Shown: positions 21,536-34,055, counted from the first letter of the stretch. The stretch: 64,000 nt of DNA from Oikopleura dioica (GCA_907165135.1 OU015568.1:4774001-4838000), one strand, 5' to 3'. Notes: generated by a model not told the origin, from the letters alone. Program-made: numbers and translations.

Positions 21536-21882
21536 TGATGCGTAAAGGAAGCTACGAGAAAAAATATTTTACTTTAAATCTTTATTTTCTGCCTTTTACT
21601 TTATTCGCCATTTACTTGACCTTTCCGCGCCCCTTTTTATTGATTTACGATATTGTGTTATCTGCTTGACCGATTTCGGGCTTCAGCGAAGCGGTAGTGA
21701 CGCAACCTGCTGAGCTAAAGTTCCGATTGACCTCTTTCTGATACTGCGCCAGATGACGCTCTCAGCTGTTTTGTGCCTTTATAAGCGAGTCATGCCTTGT
21801 CAAATTATTCGAAATAAACAAACTACCAACTCCGAGTTAAAGTCTAGATTTTGTCAGAGGTAGCGAGTTCTATTTCGCATCA
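21536..21882 (+). repeat. 3' LTR
   Basis: 347 bp, matches 12006-12352, followed by TSD TCAAG. Confidence 0.97.
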
Positions 21883-23327
21883 TCAAGAATCGTAAATAAA
21901 ACTAGACTGTGAAGTCTTATTTTGCTGACCTTGACAGTAGCTTCTCTTTAGTGAAATTGGCAATGTAACATTGCCAATGTTGCGTAGTAGAAAAACTATA
22001 GAAAAAATGCTAAAAAATCATATTTTTTAGCAATTATTTCTCATTTTTATAAAAAAATTTTAAAAGTTATAATAAATATTAATAAAAGTCATAAAAAAAA
22101 CATTTATCTTTTCATTTTATATGTAAAATCAGCATTTTTTATGTTGAAAAATCGTTGACTCTATAAATTACAGACTGTAATTGAAGCGCTAAGGACTGGT
22201 CGACCTAGGCGCGCTAAGAACTCACCAAACGCTCAGCTGGCGTTTCTTCTTATTTACGATTTGGGCATCATCGAGTACTGACGAATTCCTCTTTTACTCT
22301 CGTAAATTTTCGCTTCTATTAGGGACTCTGATAGATTTATTGAATGAAAGTCCATATAATTCAGTGAATAGGTTTGATTGACGGCCCTATATATAGCAGA
22401 ACACAGAATTTTGAAGGCTCGTCTGCCTTTATTAACAAAGTGACACCCTTAATAAACTTGATAAACCAAAGGTTCGAACCTTATTCTTGTTATTTGATTG
22501 CTATAATTTCAAATTTCAAGTGTATTTTCAAGGAAAATTTTGTTCATGATTTGTACCCCTTGGTTATGATATCCTTAACCCCCGAAAAGAATGGCCCGAA
22601 TCGAGCAAGCACTGCGCGAAGCCAAAGAAGGTCAAACCCGATCAAAGAGCCAGAGCCGCTTGCGAGACACAGTAAGTACAATTTGATCATCCGCGAAAGG
22701 GCTAGAGAATGTTCTGAAACCTGATCATAAACACCTTGTTTCGAAAACGGTGCATCTCTGTCACTATCAATCCTTGATTTAAATTTATGGACAATCCCGT
22801 CATTCACAGCTTGACGTGCTTTCTACGCTATTTTCTGTGAAGAAAAGGGTTTGGAGAGAGCTTTTACTGTTGTTGAAGAGATCCTAGAGCGACCAAGGTC
22901 AAGGCTGAAAAAATGATTGATTCAATGAAAAATATTTTTAATGAATAAAATTCTCAATTTTTTAAACGTTTTAAATCCGCGAACAAAAGTTATTTTTTAA
23001 TTTATTTTTTATTTTCGGAAATTTCCAAATTTTAAAATAGCGCGCTATTTTGCACCTGGGAAGGATCTCTCATCCCTTTCTCGCGTGCGGCGGGGCACTG
23101 ACAACTGATTGTGTCAAATAATCGCTCCATCCTTTTTTTCTTGCCAAGGCTGGGTCCCGTGGTGACCTCTAATCGCCCATTGACACATTTTGTAAAAAAA
23201 AAGAGGGAATCATACTCAGCTTTTTTAAGAGTCATTATTGGATTCTAGCTTTTTTTAATGAGTAAGAGGGGAAATATAAGACAACGAAACGGCCCATAGA
23301 AATAAAACGAAGAAGAAGAAGAAGAAA

Positions 23328-26313
23328 ATGGAGGAATTGATAGAGAACTATCCATATGAAGATGTCTATCGACTCATTGAAGAAATCGAAGACTTCAAAA
23401 ACTCGATGCTTCAGATGTCTCTATCTTTAGGCTCGGATCTAAAGACCATAATTTTATGAGGAGATTTTTCTTTATATTTCTTCCTCTGCGCTTTAAGTTG
23501 ATATTTTTCTTGCATTTCGTATGCCCCAGAAATCAGGTCGGGTTAATTTTAAGTAAAAAATCTTCATAAAGTCAATCTTGGTCAAGATCCAATGAAAATA
23601 GAAGACAATTCTAAAGCCGTTAATGATATCCTCAAGCTCTACAACAGAAAGAAATGTGACGAAAACGAGCTTGATGAATTTGTTGCCAACCTAGACATGT
23701 TGTGGTCCCCAAATCACTTATCACACACCTTCAAGGTTATTGTTTCCGTTGAAATTTGTTGACCACTTGGGGCAGAATTTGTAAATGTGACGAATATTGT
23801 CAAAGAAATTCATGACAACCAGGAGATTATGAAGAAGGTATTCTGCAGGACCCTCAATTTTGGCAAGAAAATTGGAAAAGATCCTCTTTACCAGCCGCCA
23901 GCTCTAGAATCTCCTCCTTCACCGACAAAGGTGCTCAAAGATGCTTCGACGAGCACCTCTTTGGATCCGATGGAAATCATCATCGTCAAGAAATCGGAAG
24001 TTTTCGACCTCCTAGACGATGATGGCTTCGGCGAGGATGAAACATCAAGCCTTCCTCTTTCCAATGACTCATCCACAGACGCATCTGACTTTTCAGAAGA
24101 AGAAATCGACGAGGAAGAAACAGAAACGTCTTTGAGTCATGAAAAGAAACGGTCGAAAAGTCCAGATTCCGAGAGCGCGACGCTTTTAGCTTCGTCAATG
24201 ACAGATGATGATTTCTGCTGCTCTGATCTTCTTCTGCTTCAGGGCGAAGAGCTTCAGCCAGACACAGAAGAAACGGTGCAGGGAATGCAGAAGAATGATA
24301 AGGAAAAGACTGAAGTGGAGAAAAGTGAGCCTGACGTTGTTGAAGCTGATGAAATCAACGATAAGAAAGAGCTCGAAAATGCTGATCTGGAAGAAAACGC
24401 ACCGAAGATTGTAAAAATTCAAAAATCTTCTAGGAAAGACATCAAAATCGTCGAAGAAACGAGTCTTACAGAATCAACCGAAGCTTCATCAACGGAAAAA
24501 GACCAAGAAAAACTGATGCCGCACGAGCCAGAAATACCGAATTCGCTTTCTGCTCTGAAGAAGATTTCGGAAAAACTTTCCTTAGAAGAAACTTCCAACG
24601 AGTCACAGAGATCTTCTTTCAATAATCCGCAATTTCAAAAGCCGAAAAGACTGAAAAACTTCCGGAAAAACTCGACATCAATGAGCTCACCCCCGAAAAC
24701 TCCTCAAAAATCACCGGGAAATCTCGAATCATGGCTCAATCTCTTTCCGCTCTCGATTCAATCGACTCCAGCAACAATCAAAAACGAAAGACCTCGACTT
24801 CTATCCTTCCCAAATACGCGCCAGTCCATCCTGCTCTTCGCCGAATGGAATCAACTTCCAGCTTTGTTTCGCTAACATCCGATGCTCTTTCGGATTATGT
24901 CAGCTGTTCTTCGAGCCCGTTTACTGAAGTCGTAGCTGGAGATAATGAGGACTCGAGGTCGAAACAAAGCGAATCGCCGACGGTTGAAGTAATGCCGCTG
25001 ATTAACAAGTTTGAGAGCATGTCTTCGTTGGAGATGAGCAGGTCGAGTCCGGAGAAGATGGAGGAGGAATCTCCTGCTGCAAGGAGACGTAGAATTAGGT
25101 AAAACTTAAAAGTCAATCGACATCTCTGATGTTATATTACTACACATAATTGTTATTTTAATATCACTAAGCAGATAATCTTTTATTATATATAGATATT
25201 ATTGAAAGACCACTTATGGTTTTTTTAACCTTAGCCCGCCAAAAGTGGATCTTCTGGGGTACCCGCCAAGAACACCATATATGGTGCATCCTCCATTGTA
25301 GCTCGACACCATATTTTGTTTCTCATGATTTTATTAAAAGTCCTTGTTCGAAAATAATTTTTTTGATGTATTGAGGTGTTCTCATGATGATTCTAGAGTT
25401 CATTCATTCAAAAACCCACTCACTGGAATTTATAAATTGAGGATCAGAGAAGCTGACCAGGGTAAACTTACGGCAAAATCGCTGGGAAAAAGCTGGGGTA
25501 CCCGCCAAAAACACCATATATGGTGCACCAACAATTGTAGCTCGACACCATATATGGTGCATGGACTCTTTGTAAAGATAAGGGTCTCCCGACGCTAAGG
25601 TCTATCAGAAACAGGCCGAAAAGCCCACTATCGATAGATAATCGATAAAGCCGTCTCAACGTTTCCTTAATTTTCAAAAAAATTTTCAACGTCCAGCTCA
25701 GTGAGCAAATTAGTGACCGGTTCTCGAGTTGTGGTGTACCTTGGCGGGCTAAGGTTAACTAATTTCTAGACTTCAAATGATCGCTGCCTACACTCGTCCA
25801 GAAACACCATCAAATGGCGTCGCCACTCCAAAACCCTCTCCAAGCCCCGTGCCGGAAGCCAAAATCGAACAGCCCAAATCTCCGTCACCAGAAAATCCGC
25901 CAGAAAAGCCCGAAGAGCCGCCAAAAAGACCACTTTTCAACCCGAATCTCGAGCGCAGAGGCGTTTCCCTCGGCGGTGGAATAAATCGCCAGCGAAATCT
26001 TGGACTGAATCAAGGACCGGAAGATACTAACCGAGAGTCGCGGTCGTTAGTCAATGATCTGGTCAAGGAAAGGTTGGAAAAGAAACGCAAAGAAGCTGAA
26101 GCAAAGAAGAAAAATGGCGGAAAGAGTTTGAACAAGTGGTCATCCTTGTCTTCACTTGGGAAAAAGAAAATGGAGGAAGACTTGGATGAAAAGACATTCG
26201 AGCGGTTTCTGACGAAGAAAAGGGATGGAAAGGAAGAAATCAAGAAAGCTACCGGGTTGGTGAGATCAACAACGACATCCGACTTATCGACTGATTCAAG
26301 GAGAGGGTCATAA
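23328..26313 (+). CDS. Unknown Ser/Glu/Lys-rich, largely disordered protein (multi-exon)
   Basis: Long low-complexity ORFs 23787-24875, 24731-25102 and 25777-26313 are linked by a GT-AG intron at about 25100-25769 and an unresolved frame change near 24610-24640. Upstream exons run from ATG 23328. Confidence 0.55.
25229..25754. mobile_element. piggyBac-like MITE (TTAA TSD, CC...GG termini), intronic
   Basis: TTAA|CCTTAGCCCGCCAA ... TTGGCGGGCTAAGG|TTAA. Internal ~60-bp direct repeat with palindromic CACCATATATGGTG. Confidence 0.8.
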
Positions 26314-26577
26314 TCTTTGATTGAAGACTAAAATTTCAATCGGAAATCTGAACAAGAAAAAATGTTTTTGGGTCAAAGAAAAATGATTCGTAGTTAACGA
26401 GTTCTTCTTCGATAAAGATTAAACTATTCTTGAATAACGATTAAATTTGAATCTCAAAGAATTGTCAAATAAAAAAGTCCGATTTCTGCGGTGTTAAATG
26501 ATTTTATGGCCTTTTATTATGGCTTTTTCTCTGTCTATTTCTGACCAATAAACAGCCTCCAGCGATGGAGAAGCTCG

Positions 26578-28311
26578 ATGTTTGACTACAACCGAAACGC
26601 AAACCGCAGCAAGCGTTATTCCTACAACAGCTACAACCAAAACCACAACAACAACAATTCCAATAACATCCCTCTTCAAATCACCGTCGACCCAGAAGAC
26701 CTTGAAATCAACGAGGAAAACTATCGCTCCGAAATCGTTTCCATCTTCGAATCAATTTCTTCTCCAAGAAAATTCCACAAACAAGAGTTGGAAAGGATGA
26801 ATTGCTCTGGAATCGAAAATGCGGAAGATGCAATTATTCTCGATAGGAAAAGAATGACGGATAATCATGTCAAGGAGCTGTATAAAAATGAAGGATTGAT
26901 AGTGGGCGAGTATTTCGCCTTTATCGCACCAATGGTGATTTTTCATAACATTTTTTCAAATTTCGATTGATGATTTTTTCTCTTAAGGAGGGGGTCGACG
27001 AGAAAAATTTTTTCGTTCTTTCAAAATTTCGATTATATTTTTGAATTCATTAATAAAAAAGGAACATTTTTGGTCCCCAGCTTTTTGCGCATTTGTTAAC
27101 TTTTTTTAAGAAAATTTTCGATTTTCTGTCCGAAATCCGAGATTTTTCGAAAGTTAAAAGTTAGTTTTTTCGCTCAAAAACAATTTTCATCCAAATTTTT
27201 TTTGCAAGATATTGTTTTTTAATGGTATCTTAATCATTATCAATAAAAGAATCCAAGTCTCCACGACTTTGGTAAAATTCTCTATGAAAAATGGGTAAAA
27301 ATGACGATTTTGACGAAAATCGAATATTTTTAATCAAAAAGAAAAAATTTTTTATGATAGTAACCCTTAATTTTTTGATCGCCGGTTAATTTTTAAGGGT
27401 CTAAATTATTTATTAATTATATTTGATAAAGAAAAAAAAAACTCGGTTTTCGAGATTTTTTGGTCACGAGACACCCCCACTTCAACCCTTATTTTTGAAA
27501 AATTTTTCAAAAAAAATTTTTTTCTGCTTTTTGCCGGTTAATTTTTCAAACCCTTTTCTTTAAATCTGAAAAGTCAGAATTTCCCTATCTAATCGGGTTT
27601 TTCCGCATTTTTGGTCACGGAAATCCCGATTCTCGTCGACCTCCCCCTTAAATCTCTTTTTAGGACAGGTCTCTTTCGAATCTCCGGGCCAAATCGCTCG
27701 ACAGAGGGACCAATCTGGCCCGAGAACGAGCAAAATCCTTCGATCGTGGAATCGCGTTTCAACAAAATCGAGAAAAGGCATCGAAAAAATCGACGGAAAG
27801 TGACAACAACGAGGACTCATCCCGCCGACCCAGGGACAGATCAGCAAGTCGCTCGAGAATTCGCGCCCGAGGCCCAAGCGCGGACAAAGCCATGTTGACG
27901 GCGATCAACATGTTCGACAAAGGCGACATTCCAAGCGGCATCCGCGCTGCGCAGAAAGAAGCAGAGCGGCAAAAAGCGCTCAAAGCTCTTATCGAACGAG
28001 AACAAAAAGCGTTTAACAAACTCAAAGCAGAAAGCAACCAGCTCCGGAAAGAAATTCTCGAAGACAATCGCGGACGAGCAAGGACTCGAACGAACGAATC
28101 GCCAAAAGTCGGTCATAGGCCGGTGAAAAAAGTGGAAGTTGCGAAGTCGAATCATAAAAACTCACCTGCAGCGAGAAAGAAAAATGTGGAGAAGCAGAAT
28201 TCGACGGACAGTACAAAGAAGAGGAAGAAATCGACTGATATGCTCTCAGGAATGAGTTATTTTTTTTTAAAGGAGGAAGTAGGAGATGATTTAACACTAG
28301 TCTTTGCTTGA
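26578..28311 (+). CDS. Unknown protein, two main exons (Asn-rich N-terminus; basic/coiled-coil C-terminal part)
   Basis: Exon from 26578 to a GT near 26934. Acceptor TTTTAG at 27663 opens DRSLSNLRAKSLDRG..., in frame with ORF 27892-28311. Confidence 0.5.
26987..27647. mobile_element. Kolobok-like non-autonomous element (TTAA target, GG termini), intronic
   Basis: TTAA|GGAGGGGGTCGACGAGA ... TCTCGTCGACCTCCCCC|TTAA (17 bp, 2 mismatches). Similar length and termini to 3959-4612. Confidence 0.75.
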
Positions 28312-28312
28312 A

Positions 28313-28451
28313 AACCTGTGTAGAGACCTGAGTCAGGGTCCTGAATAAGTAGAATTTGAAGAATTTAGATTGATATGGTTATTTTGAAGAAGGGGTTGCG
28401 CGGCTTTCATTTTAGTTCTTTTAGAATCCTGAGTCAGGTTTTTACTCAGGT
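28313..28451. mobile_element. MITE family A
   Basis: AACCTGTGTAGAGACCTGAGTCAGGGTCC ... ATCCTGAGTCAGGTTTTTACTCAGGT. Confidence 0.75.
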
Positions 28452-29416
28452 GACCTGAGTCATGCCGCCAAATCAGGCTCTAGTTGAACTTGAATTGTGG
28501 TGCTATTCATGTACAGATGAAAACTCTGTTGAAAGATTTGAGTCAAAAAGTGACCTCTGGATTGATGAAGCTAATCGGGCAGGGACAATCAACGACGACT
28601 CGAGCTGATGATAGCTGCCGAGCAAAAGATGATCCAAACGATGATGTGGTTTCGGCCCAGCCTTGTGACCACGATAACAGTAAGTCCACACAGGTGATGA
28701 TAAATGGCCACGGAGCTAGGGAAGCTACTTATAGAATTATTGAGAAATAAATTAAAAGAGGAAGAAAGAGAGTTTTGAAGATGGAAGATATTTTCGCTTG
28801 TTTTTGGGACAAATGTAAGCGAACAATATTCTCTTCCTTGATTTCAATTTTCTCCCCGGATGAGGATGACATAATGACTTGACAGGGGATTTGTCAAATG
28901 CACGTTTTGTAGCTGCAAGACGATAAAACTTGATTTAAGACCATCCTACAGCGATCCAATGCGAAGTGAAAATCGAGCACTCACTCTTCAGAAAACTCGA
29001 GAGGAAGGTTTCAGTCGTTCTCAGTGGGAAGTCTTCGGCGGTTTCGGCAGAAGAAAAGGTTTGTTTTTCGAAGATACTATATTAATGACTGATGAAGGAA
29101 ATAGAAGATTTTTAGAATTAGTAGTCTTTCTCGATATTCTCTCTATATTTGGAATAATCAGTTGATAACTTCGACATTAAAATTTTAGTGTCTAAATGAA
29201 CTTCCAACAAAACAATTTTCCTGGTCTCCTTGTTTTTCAGTGGGATGGGTTCAATTTATGAGCCTTTCCGCACTCGGAATCTATTCTTAGTTGTTCTCGC
29301 TTCTTGTGATAACCTCAGCGGGTGTCGATCATTTCTTAACACTTTTTCTCTTACTCACAAGTCTTTTTAAGTCTCAGAGGAAAGAGCAGAGGAACACGAG
29401 CGAGGAAGCGAAAAAC

Positions 29417-32400
29417 ATGGTCGATCATTCCAAAGCCAAGTCCAGCAAGAACTCTTCCTCAAGCCGAAAAGAAGGAAAGATGAAAAACGCGCAGGAAAAG
29501 GCGTCCAAAGGATCGAGTCAGCGGCTAAAGAATTTGAGGAAGAAGCAGAGTTTGTTGAGGATGGTTCAATCCGGTGCTGGGTGCTATAATAAGGGACCGT
29601 TGACGCCGATTGTTGATGAGAGTCCCCAAAGCAGTCAGACGACGACCCCAGTGATGGTCAAAAAACTCGAGCCGCTGGCAAAATATGATTCTGATGAAGA
29701 GGTATGAAAAAACAGATACGGAATTTGCTAAAAGCAAGATATTATGGTTCGGCAACCTGGGCTGAAAACCTGAGTCAGGGTGCAGCGGCCTAGGGTCGGC
29801 ACCGACCACCATTTTTCGGGGTCGGTTTGGTCGGTCCCCGTGAAAAGAGGCCAAATCCGTGGTCGTTTTGGTCGGTCGGGTCGGCTTTTTTGGTCGTTTT
29901 TTTTGGTCGGTTTTTTTAAAGAGCAAAATTAACATTTGTCAACATTCTTCTATCGCACACAGCCCTCGAGGGCCTCGGATCGAAGCATTTTACTGTGGCA
30001 GTCGATTCGCCATGAAAAGTAAAATTTTCAAGAGCTTTAGCCCGGACTCGCCGTCGATTTTTCTCGTCGCCGGAGAGAAATAAAAAAAAATCGCTCAAAT
30101 GCGTAGGTTAAAACCGACCAAAAACCGACCAACCCGACCAAAAGACACAAAAAAACCGACCAAAACAGACCAAAAGCCGACCATCCAAAATCGAGGTACA
30201 AAATCTGAGGTCGGGCTGGTTGGTGCCCATAAAAACCCGACCATTTCCAACCAGGTCGGGTTTTTTGGTCGGGTCGGTGCCGACCCTAGGCAGCGGCTTT
30301 ATATTTCTGCTTTTTTGAGCCTCAGTCAGGGTATCTTCACAGATTGCCGATGCCAAGTTTTCTACCAACGAGTCAATTTTGTTCGATTTTTCTGTAATCA
30401 AGAAACCATAAAAATATTTTTCTTAGTAATAATTTATAATATTTTCAACGAATTGATAATGAAAAATAAACAATTCCTGTATTTCGATAAAAGTCATCTA
30501 CCTTAATATAAATTATCAATTATACTTCTAAAAATCTAAATTTTAGGACGAGCCCGAAGTCAAGCTTGAAATACTTGAAGTCCCCGACAGTCCCGAAAAG
30601 CAAGAAAAAGACATTCTCGATAAACGAGTCCGCATGGACGATGTCAACGCTCTTATCAAAGAAAAGTACGCAAAAGACGCTGCCTGGCAAGAAGAATACG
30701 ACCAGGCGCGCAAGAAAAGCTCTGTTTTGGAAGACCCGATGATCAAAAAGATCCGCGAGCAGGTACACTTGTCTCTTTCTTCTCCTAGACTTATCGCTGT
30801 CGTTTTTTCAGGAGGAGCAGAATCAGCCCTCAGCGCTTGAAATGCTAAAGCGAAAAAGAGAGGCGCGACGAAAATCGCTCGAAAAATCAAAATCAATTTC
30901 CGAAAACGACCTTCGATCCGACGACATCATCGCCGAGCAGCGAGAAAAAGCCAGGCTCCAGCGAGAAAAGCTCCAGGAAGAACGAGAAAAGCGCCGAGAA
31001 CGAGCGAGAAAGGAAAGAATGCAGATTGAAGAAGACAGAAGAGCGAGAGCCAGAAGAGGGTCGATACGAGAAGTGAATCTTTCCAGCGAGAGTTTGAACA
31101 GCCAAAAGTCGGTGGAAGAGAAGCCGAAAATTGAAGTCATGAAAAAAGCCTCCGAAATCAACTGGGACGATGGGTACACTGAGTGCCTCGACGAACCTGG
31201 CATCTTTTTCGACCCGTTCACTGGTCGGCGAAAAATTGCCTCGGCTCCGGAAGGAAAGCCTCCTCCAGTCCCAAAACCTTCCAAAGAGACGTCTGAACAA
31301 GTCAAATCTTCCTCTCCACCACCCGCTCCTGCTCCAGCACCTGCTCAAGAATCGCCAGAGCCATCGCCTCCGCCGCCAAAAAAGAAGACATTCCAGTGCG
31401 ATGCGCTGCCGAGCGACGATTCCGACCAAGAAATCGACTTCTTCACTGGTCGCCGAAAATCCAGACTTCGAATCAAGCAAGACGATCCCTCCCTCAACCG
31501 TCTTCAAAAAACCTTCGCGCAAAAGCTCAAGGAACAGCAGCAAGAAGCAGCCGCTAAACTTGAGCAACAGCGGCGTAAATTTGGCTCAATGAGTGCTCTT
31601 CAAAGCGTTTTGCTCGCACAACAAAGCGAAGATGATTGCTCTGAAACAGAAGAAGACGCGATCCGAAGATTGAACAGCAATCGCTACGGGAACAACAGCG
31701 CCAAGAAATTCATCGACGACGATGATGACATTTCCTATCTCGAAAATCTCACTTCCAAACCGACCGAAATCAAGAAAACGAACAACGACTCGGGCGTGAA
31801 TTTGGAATCTCCTGGAGAAAGCGCGACTGAGCCAGAAGTCAGCTCTCCCGGGTCGCCGGGGATTTTGATGAACAAACCGGAGCAAATTCAAATCGAAGTT
31901 GATGTGAAATCGAAAACGCTGGAGGTTCCTAAAGCGTCAAGAAAACGACCTGGTGTGAAGCCTAGAAGACCATCAGTTCCAAAAGGTAACAGCGATAATA
32001 TCTCTAGAAATAAAGGCAAAGAGGAATTCTTAAACAACCATAAGATCTTGTTTTTTCGTTTACCATAGATAATTAAGAGCAAACACGATATCTGACCTCT
32101 AAAACATAGTGTTAATGGTAACATGGCATCTACCCAAAGTAGTCTACCAAAAGTTGTAAAAATGCTGACATATAAAAGCTGGTCATAGTTACTACCTTAA
32201 TCTGAAATTTAAGTAAAAATGCTCTGGACCGAAAAAGACGAGTCCACCCTGGACGAGCAATTCATGAAAATGATCGGCCCGATCCCTCCCGCTCCATTCG
32301 AGCACCGCCACGTCGAAGTCCGCCCCCTCAAAGTCGTCGGCTATAACGGCTTCGACAAGAAAATCGGCGACGAATACAATGTCCAGTTCAAGCCAGAAAA

Positions 32401-34055
32401 TCAACTGGGCTCTGGTCGATTTGGAAAAGTTTATCTCGGCTCGACTCTCGATGGGAGCATGAATTTAGCGTTCAAAGCTTGCGCTGTTACGAGGCAGCGA
32501 TCGATTTCGAAGGTCAACGCGAGGAAGAGGGCGGAAAGGCTGACAAAAGAAGATGTTAAGTTTGAGCTCGCGCTGATGAACCAACTCAATCATCCGCATA
32601 TTGTCAAGGTTTACGATGCGATGGAACACGATTGTTACGTGACTCTCGTCTTGGAACAGTAAGTCAAGCTGTTTTCGGGGTTAGGGTTGGGCTCTGACTT
32701 AGGTTGAGGGTTGATTCTGGGCTTGGCAACCTGTGTAGAAAACCTAAGTCTCGGCCTGACCGTCTTGCAAAGATCTCTATTTGAAAGTTGAGTAAATATG
32801 AAATTTTGCGAAGCCGCTTTGCGGCTTTATTTTTGAATAAGCCGCAACGCGGCTTTTCATTTAGCTCTTTCAGAACCCTGACTCAGGATTTCTACACAGG
32901 ATGACGAACCTATTTTACGCAAGTCAATTTCCTGATACTTTATTTTATTCTTCCGCTTGGCATTGCAGTAAAATTGGTCATAAGACGCTTTTCTTCTTCC
33001 AGAAGTACTAAATTTCAAAAACAAGCGTGCATTGTGCACGTTTCCGCACGTTCACGGTGCACGTCAATAAATTTAAATCCCGCTTACTGCCATGCAGTTT
33101 GCACCTTTTTTTTCCATGGCCCGATACGGAACCCAAGGAAGCGATAAAAATCTAAGTCCACCTATTCATCTGACTCATGATTTTAGCATGACTGGAGGCG
33201 AGTTATTCGACAGAATCGTGCAGCTCAATTATGATCCGACCGAACTTGATGTTGTTATTTATATGAAGCAGATTTGCGAAGGAGTTTCTTATCTTCACAA
33301 GAATCAGATTTTGCACCTCGATCTGAAGGTAAAAAATCGCCAAGATCCTTTCAAAATCCTTATTTTTCTAGCCCGAGAACATCGTCTGCGTCAGCCCAGA
33401 GTCGCACTGGATCAAAATCATCGATTTCGGTCTTGCCCGTCGCTACATTCCTCATCAACGGCTTCAAGTGAACTTCGGAACCCCAGAATTCGTCTCTCCG
33501 GAAGTTGTTAACTACAACTTCGTCAGGTGCGAACAATATTCTCTTCCTTGATTTCAGCGTTTTTTAGCTACGCTAGTGACATGTGGAGCGTAGGAGTCAT
33601 AACTTACATCCTCATTTCCGGCAACAGTCCTTTCCTCGGAGACGATGAGGATGATACAATGGCGAATATTCAAGACGGCGAGTGGGAATTTTGCGAGGAA
33701 TTCGACGATGTCTCAGACGACTGCAGGGATTTTATCAAACGACTTATTGTTTATCAAAAAGGGTAAGTCCCCTTTCTTTGATGGAATCAGCTTTTTGATA
33801 ATTCTAGTGGTCGAATGTCCGCAAATCAATGCCTGGCGCATCCTTGGATCTCGAGTTTGGCCTCGAAGCGGCAGGGCCAGCTCCGATCGAGGCTGAAGAT
33901 CAAAAGAAGAATCAACAAAATTCGCTGGTGGAAGGTAAAAATTTGCATTTGAGCGAGAAATAAGCTGATTTAAGGCTGTGGACGCAATAAACGCGGTGAC
34001 TTACATGATGCGACGAACTTCTGTGTCATCGGAAACTCCGATCACGTGCAATTGA
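29417..34055 (+). CDS. Myosin light chain kinase (MYLK2/3/4-type, no Ig domains), multi-exon
   Basis: PAPFEHRHV pre-kinase motif, GSGRFG, AFK, HLDLK|PEN, DFG, GTPEFVSPE, DMWSVGV, and a CaM-binding-like tail KRRINKIRWWKAVDAINAV. Long charged/Pro-rich N-terminal exons from 29417 join through GT-AG introns; the join to the kinase exon near 31985-32215 is less certain. Confidence 0.85.
29749..30350. mobile_element. MITE family A copy interrupted by a second element
   Basis: Left arm TCGGCAACCTGGGCTGAAAACCTGAGTCAGGG and right arm ...CAGTCAGGGTATCTTCACAGATTGCCGA flank the insert. Confidence 0.7.
29790..30289. mobile_element. hAT-like MITE (8-bp TSD) nested in MITE A
   Basis: 18-bp TIR CTAGGGTCGGCACCGACC / GGTCGGTGCCGACCCTAG. 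TSD GCAGCGGC at 29782-29789 and 30290-30297. Many subterminal GGTCGG/CCGACC motifs. Confidence 0.85.
32725..32906. mobile_element. MITE family A in MLCK intron
   Basis: GGCAACCTGTGTAGAAAACCT ... CCCTGACTCAGGATTTCTACACAGG, with internal GCCGC..GCGGC palindromes. Confidence 0.75.

Larger units (their letters stand above)
12006..21882 (+). mobile_element. Full-length env-bearing Ty3/gypsy LTR retrotransposon (Tor-like endogenous retrovirus-like element), 9877 bp
   Basis: Two 347-bp LTRs TGATGCG...CGCATCA, 5-bp TSD TCAAG (12001-12005 and 21883-21887), PBS-like TGGTGAATCCGATG, gag-PR-RT-RH-IN domain order, and env. Confidence 0.97.

Noticed and set aside
22374-23235. Possible hATm-like transposase relic on the minus strand (LFDTISCQC, LYLLCLA, WFIK)
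   Set aside because: The key HxRW motif is absent, the frames do not join, and a competing plus-strand exon-like stretch (MARIEQALREAKEG...|GTAAGT) exists. Cannot be supported without a search.
29525-30506. ORFs 29525-29935, 30099-30506 and 30108-30401
   Set aside because: They are translations of the nested MITE subterminal repeats (PTRPTK...).
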